Source: Squalus acanthias
Taxonomy: Eukaryota
Direction: 5' to 3'
DNA length: 64,000 nt
Assembly: GCA_030390025.1 (NCBI GenBank)
Contig: JASTWF010000035.1
Span: 3,224,001 to 3,288,000, forward strand
The stretch's first letter is position 1. The number at the start of each line of letters is the position of its first letter. Below are positions 1-11,332 of the stretch, one piece after another. The translations under genes and the position numbers were made by a program. The notes under the pieces are model-generated. The model worked only from the letters and a program-made list of their open reading frames with translations. It ran no database searches and was not told the origin of the DNA.

Positions 1-83
1 TGCCGATAATTAGCGCCAGGCGCTAATATTTGCGTCCAGACGATATTTGCGCCCCAAACGGGGCGCGACCTAATTTTTACCCC
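1..83 (-). mobile_element. Terminal 83 bp of a GC-rich TIR DNA element related to 511-1403, in the opposite orientation; continues beyond the window start
   Basis: The reverse complement (GGGGTAAAAATTAGGTCGCGCCCCGTTTGGGGCGC...ATTAGCGCCTGGCGCTAATTATCG) aligns with 512-593, including the palindrome at 9-27 versus 567-585. Confidence 0.8.
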
Positions 84-408
84 TACTTACTCTAAACTAG
101 AGACCTTACTTTTACTTTAATGACTGGATGTTGAAATACTGTAGAAATACTCACCGCTGGTTCTCTGTCCCCTCTTGTGCAGCTTTTTAGCTCCTGCTCT
201 CCTGGAAGCTGACAAAGATGGAAAAAGAAAGGAACACCTCCCTCCCCGAACTCCCTCACTCACCAAACTCGCAGCTTTACACTCTGTTCCGATCTGCACT
301 CTGTGACAAACTGCACTCGAGCCTCCCTTTTTTATACTGCTGAGATTTAAATAAGTGAGCTCTCTGGCAGTTACAGAACCAGATTAGACCACTTAATTAA
401 TTAATTAC
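84..408 (-). mobile_element. Isolated CR1 5' UTR/promoter fragment
   Basis: The reverse complement matches 27562-27975, the region upstream of ORF1 in the near full-length CR1. It includes the TATA-like GTATAAAA (about 337-330) and GTGAGT motifs. Confidence 0.8.
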
Positions 409-1775
409 TATCTATATTAATGACCTAGATGAAGAGACCGAGTGTAATGTATCCAAGTTTGCTGCTGATACAAAGCTAGGTGGGACAGTAAGCTGTGAGG
501 AGAACACAAAGGGGGAGAAATTCAGTATCGCCCCATTTGGGGCGCAATTATCGGCCGGGCGCAAAGATTAGCGCCTGGCGCTAATTATCGCCACCGACTG
601 CAAACTTGACTTTTATCGCCCCTGGAGGTGATTGGAGCGCTAAATCAGGCGCTTCACACCTGTCTTAAGGCGCAAAGGCCGAGGAGCGAGGCGCTACCTC
701 AGAGCGCTGGCGAAGCTCATGTAATGTCAGTCAGCAATGGAACACACACACAATGGCACGGGCCAGTTCTTAAAGGGGATGGTTAATCTTGCTTTCCATC
801 CACATCCTGCTCATTGCAGCCTTGAATCTCTGCCTGGAGAGACCTGCGCATCAAATCTGCTGGAAAGAACAATGGAGAGTACCAGGCAAAGAGCTCAGAG
901 TGCAGCCCCCACAGTCTCTTCTGAATCGATACAAGGAATGGCAAATCAAAATGAACCTGCAAAGTGCTGCTCAGTACCCAAAACTCCTTCACACAGCGTT
1001 GAATCTCTCCAGAAGTCTCTCCCTCTCTCTCTCAGAATGCGTAGTTCAAAAATGGCACCAACAATAAAAGGCAGGGAGCGGTCACCTTTAAATAGCGCTC
1101 CCCCTTTCCCTTCATGACAGCAGAACCCTCCCCTCAACCTGTCGTTGCTTGCGTCAGGCGGTAAGGCAGGGGGCGCCACTCAATATCCGCTCCGGGGCGA
1201 TACCGGGGCGTTGCGCACTCGACTGACGTCACGATCTGCCGGCGCAGGAGATCGTGGCGGTAGTGTTTAGCGCCGCCGCAAAATGTCTAGTTAATTTCGC
1301 GAGCGGCGCAAACTTCGCCGCGCCTGGGCGCTAGATGCTTTGCGCCGCATTAGCGCCCTCTTAAGGTGCTAACGGGAGGCGCAACCAACTGAATTTTTCC
1401 CCTAAAGAGTCTGCAAAGGGATATAGATAGACTAAGTGAGTGGGCAGTAAGGTGGCAGATGGAGTATAATGTAGGTAATTGTGAGGTTATTCACTTTGAT
1501 AGGAAGAATAGAAAAACAGAATATTTTTTAAATCGTGAGAAACTTTCAAATGTTGGTGTCGAGAGAGATTTGGGTGTCCTCGTGCAAGAAACACAGAAAA
1601 CTAGTATGCAGGTACAGCAAGCAATAAGGAAGGTAAATGGCATGTTGACCTTTATTGCAAGGGGATTGGAGTATAAGAGCAACGAAGTCTTGCTACAATT
1701 GTACAGGGCCTTGGTGAGACCACAGCTGGAGTACTGTGCACAGTTTTGGTCTCCTTATCTAAGGAAGGATATCCT
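409..1775 (+). mobile_element. Old CR1 RT fragment split by the TIR element at 511-1403
   Basis: YINDLD..SKFAADTKLGG lies before 511. The RT resumes after 1403 (WQMEYNVGNCEVIHF...LVRPQLEYCAQFWSPYLRKDI). Confidence 0.9.
511..1403. mobile_element. ~890-bp non-autonomous DNA transposon (MITE-like, possibly PIF/Harbinger)
   Basis: TIRs GGGGAGAAATTCAGT (512-526) and ACTGAATTTTTCCCC (1388-1402) match at 14/15. It cleanly interrupts a CR1 RT with an apparent 3-bp AAA duplication and has CpG/GCGC-rich subterminal regions. The superfamily is an inference from G-run termini and a 3-bp TSD. Confidence 0.8.
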
Positions 1776-1785
1776 TAATAACCGC

Positions 1786-2260
1786 TTGACGCCCCGAGAC
1801 TCCATGCTGGACATCGGAGACCCCCCCGCTCGACACCCTGAGACCCTCCCGCTCGACGCGCTGAGACCCCCCTGCTCGACGCCCCGAGACCCTCCGCTCG
1901 ACGCCCCGAGACCCTCCGCTCGAGGCCCCGAGACCCTCCCACTCGACACCCCGAGACCCTCCCACTCGACACCGTGAGACCTTCCCACTCGACGCCCCGA
2001 GACCCTCCCGCTCGACGCCCCGAGACCCTCCCGCTCGACGCCCCGAGACCTTCCCACTCGATGCCCCGAGACCCTCCGCTCGACGCCCCGAGACCCTCCG
2101 CTCGACGCCCCGAGACCCTCCCACTCGATGCCCCGAGACCCTCCCACTCGACACCCCGAGACCCTCCCACTCGACGCCCCGAGACCCTCCCACTCGACAC
2201 CCCGAGACCCTCCCACTCGACACCGAGACCCTCCCACTCGACGCCCCGAGACCCTCCTGC
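1786..2260. repeat. 22-23 bp GC-rich minisatellite, about 20 copies (GCCCCGAGACCCTCCCRCTCGAC)
   Basis: Direct tandem repeat visible in the sequence, with no spacers. Confidence 0.95.
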
Positions 2261-2419
2261 TCACTTCTGTATGAAGTGAGGCTGATGGAGTGTACTTGGG
2301 CACAGAGTCCATGCAAATCCTGGAATAACGGCAGAAATGGTTATTTATGCCATTTCTCTGGGATTTCGGAGTTACGGGAGAGTTTCAAAAGCTCCCACGG
2401 AATTTCTATCCCAAAATAC

Positions 2420-2551
2420 CTTATTTATGGCAATGGTGAAAGCAGCCTCCACCTTGGCCTCCACTTCCTCTGGAGAATAGTAACAGAAGAGATTTGTTCC
2501 CTGCAACACGCAATACATCCTGGTCCAGTTGTGTAGTTCACCCACCATCTG
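2420..2551 (-). CDS. RTKN2: Rhotekin-family (RTKN2-like) coding exon, start of the PH domain, 132 bp, phase 0/0
   Basis: Translates to QMVGELHNWTRMYCVLQGTNLFCYYSPEEVEAKVEAAFTIAINK, which closely resembles vertebrate RTKN2 as I recall it (QMVEGL.SW.RLYCVL.G..LYCFYSPEEIEAKVEPAL..PINK). Acceptor ttctctttctcctgtgttgcAG (2553-2552), donor AAG|GTattt (2419-2418). The RTKN versus RTKN2 assignment is from memory. Confidence 0.88.
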
Positions 2552-2599
2552 CTGCAACACAGGAGAAAGAGAACAGATTAAACAGGACCCTTAGGGAGA

Positions 2600-4016
2600 A
2601 GCAGAGAGAGAGAGACTGAGACACAGAGACAGCGAGAGAGACAGACAGCGAGAGCGAGACGGCGAGAGCGAGATGGAGAGAGAGCGAGACGGAGAGAGAG
2701 CGAGAGAGCGAGATGGAGAGAGAGCGAGAGAGCGAGACGGAGAGAGAGCGAGACGGAGAGAGAGCGAGAGAGCGAGATGGAGAGAGCGAGAGAGCGAGAC
2801 GGAGAGCGGGAGAGAGAGCGAGACGGAGAGAGAGCAAGAGAGCGAGATGGAGAGAGAGCGAGAGAGCGAGACGGCGAGAGAGCGAGAGAGCGAGATGGAG
2901 AGAGAGCGAGAGAGCGAGACGGAGAGAGAGCGAGACGGAGAGAGCGAGAGAGCGAGATGGAGAGAGAGCGAGAGAGCGAGACGGAGAGAGAGCAAGAGAG
3001 CGAGATGGAGAGAGAGCGAGAGAGCGAGACGGCGAGAGAGCGAGACGGAGAGAGAGCGAGACGGAGAGAGAGCAAGAGAGCGAGACGGAGAGAAAGAGAG
3101 AGCGAGTCGGAGAGAGAGAGAGCGAGGTGGAGAGAGAGAGAGCGAGGTGGAGAGAGAGAGAGCGAGATGGAGAGAGAGAGAGAGCGAGAGAGAGCGCGAG
3201 ACGGAGAGAGAGAGAGCGAGAGAGAGAGCGAGACGGAGAGAGAGAGAGCGAGGTGGAGAGAGAGAGAGAGCGAGATGGAGAGAGAGAGAGCGCGAGACGG
3301 AGAGAGAGAGAGAGCGAGAGAGAGAGCGAGACGGAGAGAGAGAGAGCAAGACGGAGAGAGAGAGAGCGAGACGGAGAGAGAGAGCGAGCGAGATGGAGAG
3401 AGAGAGAGCGAGACGGAGAGAGAGCGAGACGGAGAGAGAGAGCGAGCGAGACGGAGAGAGAGAGAGAGCGAGACGGAGAGAGAGAGCGAGCGAGACGGAG
3501 AGAGAGACGGAGAGAGAGAGAGCGAGACGGAGAGAGAGAGAGCGAGACGGAGAGAGAGAGAGAGCGAGACGGAGAGAGAGAGAAGGATAGTGCCGAGACG
3601 GAGAGAGAGCACGAGATGGAGAGAGAGTGAGACGGAGAGAGAGAGAGCGCGAGGCGGAGAGAGAGAGAGGGAGCGAGCGGAGAGAGAGAGAGCGAGACGG
3701 ATAGAGAGAGAGAGAGAGCGAGCGAGACAGAGAGAGAGAGCGAGGCGGAGAGAGAGAGCGAGACGGAGAGAAAGAGCGAGATGGAGAGAGAGAGAGAGCG
3801 AGGCTGAGAGAGAGAGAGAGCGAGGCGGAGAGAGAGAGAGAGCGAGGCGGAGAGAGAGAGCGAGAGAGGTGGAGAGAGAGAGAGCGAGGCAGAGAGAGAG
3901 AGAGAGCGAGGCGGAGAGAGAGAGCGAGGAGGAGAGAGAGAGCGAGGCGGAGAGAGAGAAACAGAGAGAGAGACACAGAGACAGACAGAGAGAAAGAGAC
4001 AGAGAGACACAGAGAC

Positions 4017-4051
<35 letters not shown>

Positions 4052-4560
4052 CAGAGAGAGAGAGAGAGACAGAGTGAAGGAGAGACAGAGACAGAGAGAC
4101 ACAGAGAGAGAGACACAGAGAGAGAGACACAGAGAGAGACAGAGAGAGAGACAGACAGAGAGAGAGAGAGACACAGAGAAAGAGAGACACAGAGAGACAG
4201 ACACAGAGAGAGAGACAGACAGAGAGAGACAGACACAGAGAGAGAGACAGACAGAGAGAGAGAGACAGACACAGAGAGAGAGACAGACAGAGAGTGAGAC
4301 AGACAGACAGAGAGTGAGACAGACAAGAGTGAGACAGACAGAGTGTGAGACAGATAAAGACAGAGAGAGAGAGAGAGAGACAGAGAGAGAGAGTCAGAGA
4401 GAGAGAGAGACACAGAGAGAGACAGAGCGAGAGATACACACAGAGAGACAGAAAGAGAGAGAAAGAGAGAGAGAGAGACACACAGAGAGAGAGACAGAGA
4501 GAGAGACACAGAGACAGAGACAGAGAAAGAGAGAGACAGAGAGAGAGAGACAGAGAGAAA
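2600..4560. repeat. ~2-kb purine-rich (GA)n-derived low-complexity tract (GAGAGCGAGACG-type units grading into GAGACA-type units)
   Basis: Directly visible. It is the source of the spurious RE/SL ORFs. Confidence 0.97.
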
Positions 4561-7500
4561 AAGAGCCAAGGCCACGGCACCACGGGTGGCTCAGCTGCAC
4601 AGTGTGGGCGGAAGAAGAGTGGAATAGCAATAGTGGTAGGGGATTCATGGGTTAGGGGAACAGACAGGCGTTTCTGCGGCCGCAGACGTGACTCCAGGAT
4701 TTTATGTTGCCTCCCTGATGCCAGGGTCAAGAATGTCACTGAGCAGCTGCAGGACACTCTGAGGGGGGAGGGTGAACAGCCAGAGGTCGTTGTCCATATC
4801 GGTACCAACGACATAGGCAGAAAGTGGGATGAGGTCCTGCAGACAGACTATAGGGAGTTAGGAAAGAGATTAAAAAGCAGGACCTCAAAGGTAGTAATCT
4901 CTGGATTACTCCCGGTGCCACGTGCTAGTGAGTATAGAAATAGGAAGATAGAGCAGATGAATGTGTGGCTGGAGAGATGGTGCAGGAGGGATGGCTTTAG
5001 ATTCCTGAGGCATTGAGACCTGTACAAGCCGGACAGAGCCGGGACCAATATTCTCGCGGGGAGGTTTGCTAGTGCTGTTGGGGAGGGTTTAAACTAGCTT
5101 GGCAGAGGGATGGGCACCAGCATATAGGAGTAGAAAAGAGGAATAAGGTGCATAAAAGAGTGCGTGTGGTGGATAGTACGAGAGAAGAAAGTAGTACTAG
5201 AGGCAGAAGTAGCACCACATTAGATAGGAGCAGACTAAGAAAGACTACGAGAAATTCAAAAATGGGTTTAGAATGCATATAGAAACATAGAAACATAGAA
5301 GATAGGAGCAGGAGTAGGCCATTCGGCCCCTCGAGCCTGCTCCGCCATTCGATGAGATCATGGCTGATCATCTAAACTCAGTACCCTGTACCTGCCTTCT
5401 CCCCATATCCCTTGATACCTTTTGCTTTAAGATATATGTAAACGCACAGAGTGTGGTGAATGAGGTTGGTGAGCTACAAGCACAATTAGCCGTGTGGCAA
5501 TATGATGTTGTGGCAATAACGGAAACGTGGCTTAAAAACGATGAGGACTGGGCACTTAATTTTCAAGGGTACAAGGTGTTCAGGAAAGATAGGGAAGGAA
5601 AAAAGGGAGGTGGGGTGGCAGTGCTGATTAAGGAAGACATTGTAGTTTTGGAAAGGGAGGATGTGCTCGAGGGGACAAGGACAGAATCCATTTGGTTAGA
5701 GTTGAGGAGCAAAAAGGGTATGATCACAACATTGGGGGTATTCTACAGGCCTCCAAATAGTGAGAGGGAGGTAGAGGAGCAAATCTGCAGGGAAATCGCA
5801 GAGATATGCAAGAGCTATAGAGTGGTGATATTGGGGGATTTTAATTACCCAAATATCGATTGGGATAATGCTAGGGTAAAGGGAAAGGAGGGGGAGGAAT
5901 TTCTGAAATGTGTTCAGGAGAATTTCCTTGACCAGTATGTTCTTGGCCCAACGAGGAAGGAGGCATTGCTGGATCTGGTGCTGAGGAATGAGGTGGGCCA
6001 AGAACATACTGGTCAAGGAAATTCTGTGGGAGAACACTTGGGTACGAGTGATCATCGTATCATAAGATTTAGATTAGCAATGGAGAGGAGCAAGGAACAA
6101 TCTAGAGTGGAACTTCTAAACTGGAATAGGGCTAACTTCAATGGGATGCGAAAGGATTTAACCAGGGTAAAATGGAACCAAAGACTGACAGGAAAAACTG
6201 TAACGGAACAATGGGAGGTCTTTAAGGAGGAGATGTTCCAAGTACAAGCTAGGTACATTCCAACAAGAGGGAAGGGTAAGGGAACCAAAGCAAGGGCTCC
6301 CTTGGATAATAAGGGAGATAGAGAAGATGATGAAACAAAAAAAAGAGGGTGTATGATGCATGTCAGGTGAATTCTTCAAGGGAGAACCAGACCAAATACA
6401 ATAAGTTGAGAGGGGAAGTGAAGATGCAAATAAGATTGGCAAAGAGAGAAAATGAGAGTAGAATGGCGTTTAGGGAACCCAAAAATCTTCTACCGGCATG
6501 TAAACAGTAAGCGGGTAGAGAGGCGGGGTGGGGCCTATTAGGGACCAAGAAGGTGATACATGCTTAGAGGCGCAGGGCAAGGCTAGAATACTCAATGATT
6601 ACTTTGTATCGGTGTTTACGAAAGAGGTCGAAGCTGACAAAATATCAGTAGAAGTGGAAAATGTAGAAGCAATGGAAGGGGTGAAAATTGATAGACAGGA
6701 TGTACTTGAAAGGCTGGGTATGCTTAGAGTGGACAAGTCGCCTGGTCCAGATGGCTTGCAATCCAGGTTGCTAAGGGAATTGGGGGAGGAGATAGCGGAA
6801 GGGCTTGCCATAATTTTCCAATCTTCCTTAGATCCGGGGGAGGTGCCTGAGGATTGGAAAGTGGCAAATGTGACACCATTGTTCAAGAAAGGATGTAAGG
6901 GCAATCCTAGTAACTACAGGCTGGTCAGTTTAACACCAGTGGTGGGTAAAGTTTTAGAAACAATAATCAAGGAAAAAATTAATGGGCACTTGGAGAGGTT
7001 TAAGCTAATTAAGGAGAGCCAACATGGATTTGTAAAAGGCAGATCGTGTTTGACTAATTTAATTGAATTTTTTGATGAAGTAACAGGGAGGATTGATGAA
7101 GGGAATGCAATGGATGTTGTCTACATGGATTTTCGGAAGGCATTTGACAAAGTACCACATAGTCCAAAAATGTGCGGGTTAGGTTGATTTGGCTATGATA
7201 AATTGACCCTTAGTGCTAGGGGGGGATTAAATATGTGGGGTTACGGGGATAGGATAGGAAGGGATATGTTAGGGGGAATTAAATACGTGGGGTTACGGGG
7301 ATAGGGTGGGATATGTGTCGGTGCAGGCTCGATGGGGATTCTGTGTGAGAAAGCAGGGACAGGGTACTGGATTTGGATGATCAGCCATGATCGTATTGAA
7401 TGGTGGAGCAGGCTCGACGGGCCGAATGGCCTACTCCTGCTCCTAGTTTCTATGTTTCTATGTTAGAAGGCTGGGTAACAAAATTGAGGCTCATGGAATA

Positions 7501-8360
7501 GGTGGGTCAATGGCAGCTTGGATAAGGAATTGGCTTAAGGACAGAAAACAGCGAGTTGTGGTAAATGGCTGTTTTTCAGACTGGAGGATGGTAGACAGTG
7601 GTGTTCCCCAAGGGTCAGTGCTGGGGCCACTGCTTTTTTTGATATATATAAATTACCTGGATATTGGAATATAGAGTAGAATTTCTAAATTTGCCGATGA
7701 CACCAAACTTGGGGGTGTGGCAAACAGTGAGGATGATACGAATCGAATGCAACAGGACATAGAAAGGCTAGCAGAATGGGCAGACAAGTGACAGATGGAA
7801 TTTAATGCAGAGAAGTGTGAGGTGATGCATTTTGGCAGAAGGAACAGGGAGAGGCAATATACACTTAATGGCACAGTTTTAAAGAATGTGCAGGGACAGA
7901 GGGACCTGGGAGTTAATGTGCATAGGTCCCTGAAGGTGGCAGGACATATTGAGAGAGTGGTTAGGAAAGCATATGGGATTTTGGGCTTCATTAATAGTGG
8001 TATTGAGTACAAAAGTAGAGAAGTTATGCTGAACATTTATAAAGCGCTGGTTGGGCCACAACTGGAGTATTGCGTCCAGTTCTGGTCACCACACATTCGG
8101 AAGGATGTGAAGGCACTTGAGAGGGTGAAGAGGAGATTTACCAGAATGGTTCCGGGGATACATAGAAAAATAGGAGCAGGAGTAGGCCATTCAGCCCTTC
8201 GAGGATGGGGGAATCTTAGCTACAAGGACAGGTTGGAGAAGCTGGATTTGTTTTCATTAGAGCAAAGGAGGTTGCGGGGTGATTTGATAGAGGTGTACAA
8301 GATTATGACGGGTTTGGATAGGCTAGACGGTGAAAGGCTGTTCCCACTAGTTGATGGTAC
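4561..8360 (+). mobile_element. Degraded CR1 LINE: 3' half of ORF1 (SGNH esterase) plus ORF2 (APE-RT), with nested insertions
   Basis: GDSWVRG...HIGTND (4561-5095), APE motifs YDVVAITETWL/GDFNYP/SDH (5432-6370), RT motifs [27 protein letters not shown] (6528-7800). Interrupted by a minus-strand CR1 tail (~5280-5431), a SINE (~7160-7463) and a ~45-bp tail piece (~8160-8203). Confidence 0.93.
7160..7463 (+). mobile_element. 5'-truncated HE1-type SINE with an appended CR1 3' tail
   Basis: Matches 9570-9847, ends in TTTCTATG repeats, and splits the host RT at KVPH|RRL. Confidence 0.85.
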
Positions 8361-9197
8361 AAGGAAGTGTTTCCTAATTTCACTCCTGAAAAGTCTGGCT
8401 CTAATTTTTAGACTATGCCCCCTAGTCCTGGAATCCCCAACTAGTGGAAATAGTTTCTCTCTATCTACCCTATCTGTTCCCCTTAATATCTTGAAAACTT
8501 TGATCAGATCACCCCTTAACCTTCTAAATTCTAAGGTGTGGTACCCAGAACTGCTCACAGTACTCCAGGTGTGGTCTAACTAGGGCTTTGTATAGCTGCA
8601 GCATAACTTCTACCCCCTTGTACTCTGGTCCTCTAGATATTTGGCAGATGCAATACAATATTGGAAAATGTGAGGTTATGCACTTTGGCAGGAAAAATCA
8701 GAGAGCAAATTATTATCTTAATGGCGAGAAACTGGAAAGTACTGCAGTACAAAGGGATCTGGGGGTCCTAGTGCAAGAAAATCAAAAAGTTAGTATGCAG
8801 GTGCAGCAGGTGATCAAGAAGGCCAACGGAATGTTGGCTTTTATTGCTAGGGGGATAGATTATAAAAACAGGGAGGTATTGCTGCAGTTATATAAGGTAT
8901 TGGTGAGACCGCACCTGGAATACTGCATACAGTTTTGGTGTCCATACTTAAGAAAAGACATACTTGCTCTCGAGGCAGTACAAAGAAGGTTCACTCGGTT
9001 AATCCCGGGGATGAGGGGGTGGACATATGAGGAGAGGTTGAGTAGATTGGGACTCTACTCATTGGAGTTCAGAAGAATGATGGGAACATCCTTACCGCAT
9101 CCACCCGATCAAGCCCCTTCACAATCTTATATGTTTCAATAAGATCGCCTCTCATTCTTCTGAACTCCAATGAGTAGAGTCCCAATCTACTCAACCT
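8361..9197. mobile_element. Mosaic of CR1 RT C-terminal fragments (minus 8361-8640, plus 8641-9080, minus 9081-9197)
   Basis: ORFs 8220-8558(-) and 8588-9142(+) carry LEFRR.RGDLI and LVRPHLEYC motifs. Confidence 0.85.
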
Positions 9198-10510
9198 TCT
9201 TTGTATCGTTCCCATTCGCCAGGATCTGTGCTATTTTTTGTATTTTTGTGTGTCCTTTCCTGTAGTTTTATGCTGTCCCTTACTTCTTTAGTTGTCCATG
9301 GCTGTTTTTTTTGGCAAGTAGAGCTCTTGCCCCTCAGGGGTATAAACTGGCTCTGTATCACCTTAAATTATTTTTTAAACATCTCCCACTGATCTTCTGT
9401 CGTTTTACCCATTAACACGGGCAACACGGTGGCATAGTGGTTAGCACTGGTGCCTCACAGCGCCAGGGACCCGGGTTCGAATCTGACCTCGGGTGACTGT
9501 CTGTGTGGAGTTTGCACATTCTCCCCGTGTCTGCGTGGGTTTCCTCCGGGTGCTCCGGTTTCCTCCCACAGTCCAAAAATGTGCGGGTTAGGTTGATTTG
9601 GCTATGATAAATTGACCCTTAGTGTTAGGGGGGTATTAAATATGTGGGGTTATGGGGATAGGATGGGATATGTTAGGGGGAATTAAATACGTGGGGTTAC
9701 GGGGGTAGGGTGGGATATGTGTACTGTGGGGATTAAAGCAGGGACAGGGTACTGGATTTGGATGATCAGCCATGATCGTATTGAATGGTGGAGCAGGCTC
9801 GACGGGCCGAATGGCCTACTCCTGCTCCTAGATTCTATGTTTCTATGTAACAGATTTGCCCAGTTTACTGTGGACAGTCTCTGCCTCATCCCGTTGAAGT
9901 CGGCCTTACGTAAATCTAGAATCTTAGTAGCTGTTTCGTGTTTCTCCCTTTCAAACGCTACGTTGAACATGATCGCTATGGATAAATTTTCACGCACAGT
10001 TAGGCTGTTAACTAAAACTGGCTCATTATTAATATGGCTTGCCCCCTTGTTGCCTCTAGGACATATTGTTGTAGAAAACTATCCCGGACACACTCAAGAA
10101 ATTCACTATCTTTCTGACATGTGCTCGTCTGCTTTTCCCAATCTATAGGAAAGTTAAAATCCCCCATTAAAACCACTCACTCTGCCTTTGCTACACGCTT
10201 GTCTAATCTCTGCATTTATGCAATCTAGCACTTCAGAGCTGCTACCAGGGGGTCTATACACAACTCCCACTACAGTCTTAGATCCTTTCCTATTTCTTAA
10301 TTCAACCCATAAGATCTCCACTGGCTGCTTACCTCTCTCTTTAAATCCTCTCTTATCATTGAAGTGATTTCATCCTTAATGACTAAAACTACTCCTCCCC
10401 CTCTGCCATTTTCCCTATCTTTCCTGTAGACCCTTTAACGTGGTATATTTAGTTCCCAGTCCTGTCTTGCAGCCGTGTCACAGGAATGGCTACCATGTCA
10501 TACCCTGTCA
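9198..10510 (-). mobile_element. Old CR1 endonuclease-region fragment interrupted by a SINE
   Basis: The minus strand reads ILDLRKADFNGMRQRL and has GDFNF- and YRPP-like motifs. Confidence 0.75.
9419..9847 (+). mobile_element. Full-length HE1-type V-SINE (tRNA-derived head, V-domain, CR1 tail)
   Basis: A box TGGCATAGTGG (9430-9440), B box GGTTCGAATC (9474-9483), V-domain GTGTCTGCGTGGGTTTCCTCCGGGTGCTCCGGTTTCCTCCCAC, CR1-type tail, apparent TAACA duplication. Confidence 0.9.
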
Positions 10511-11165
10511 TAGTACTTAGTCCACAGGACTGGAGAATTTTAGCTATGAGGAAAGATTGGATAGGCTGGGGTTGTTTTCTTTGGAACAGAGGAGGCTGAG
10601 GGGAGACTTAATTGAGGTGTATAAAATCATGTGGGCCTAGATAGAGTGGATAGGAAGAACCTATTTCCCTTAGCAGAGAGATCAATAACCAGGGGGCAGA
10701 GATTTAACATAATTGGTAGAAGGGTTAGAGAGTTGAGAACTTTATCACCCAGAGGGTGGTGGGGGTCTGGAACTCACTGCCTGAAAGGGTGGTGGAGGCA
10801 GAAACCCTCATCACATTTAAAAAGCGCTGAGAGATGCACTTGAAGTGCCGTAACCTACAGGGCTACGGACCAAGAGCTGGAAAGTGAGATTAGGCTGAAG
10901 ATCTCTTTTTGGCCGGCACAGACACGATGGGCCGAGTGGCCTCCTTCTGTGCCATAAATTTCTATGATTCTATGAAAGGCTGGTGGAAGCAGATTCATTG
11001 GTAACTTTCAAAAGGGAATTAAATAAATACGTGGAGAAAAAGTTTACCGGCTATGGGGAAAGAGTGGGGGAGTGGGACTAATTGGACAGCTCTACCAGAG
11101 CCGGCACAGGCACGATGGGCTGGAATGCCTCCTTCTGTGCTTTATCATTCTATCATTCTATGATT
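10511..11165 (+). mobile_element. Two consecutive CR1 3'-end fragments
   Basis: [22 protein letters not shown] motif. Two tails end in TTCTATGA/ATTCTATG repeats at ~10975 and ~11165. Confidence 0.85.
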
Positions 11166-11332
11166 ATTGGGGGTCAGTTTATGCTTTCCTGTAAGGATCT
11201 TTGTGTATTGAACTGGACACTCTGGTGTTGGGCCAGCTGTCGAATCTTTTGCCAGCCAGTGGATGGTGTGTTAGGACCACTGTGCGATACCTCTGTCTGT
11301 CTGTGTATTAAAGAGGTCAATGTTACACTCAC

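Noticed and set aside
737..1179. Short ORFs inside the TIR element as a transposase
   Set aside because: I recognise no DDE or Myb motif, and the ORFs are short and overlapping. At most they are a remnant.
1786..2260. 23-bp repeat as a CRISPR array, or its overlapping ORFs as genes
   Set aside because: There are no unique spacers. It is a plain minisatellite and the ORFs are repeat artefacts.
9419..9495. tRNA gene (also 38387-38440 and 44590-44660)
   Set aside because: The A/B boxes belong to retroposon heads followed by SINE or LINE bodies, and there is no complete cloverleaf.
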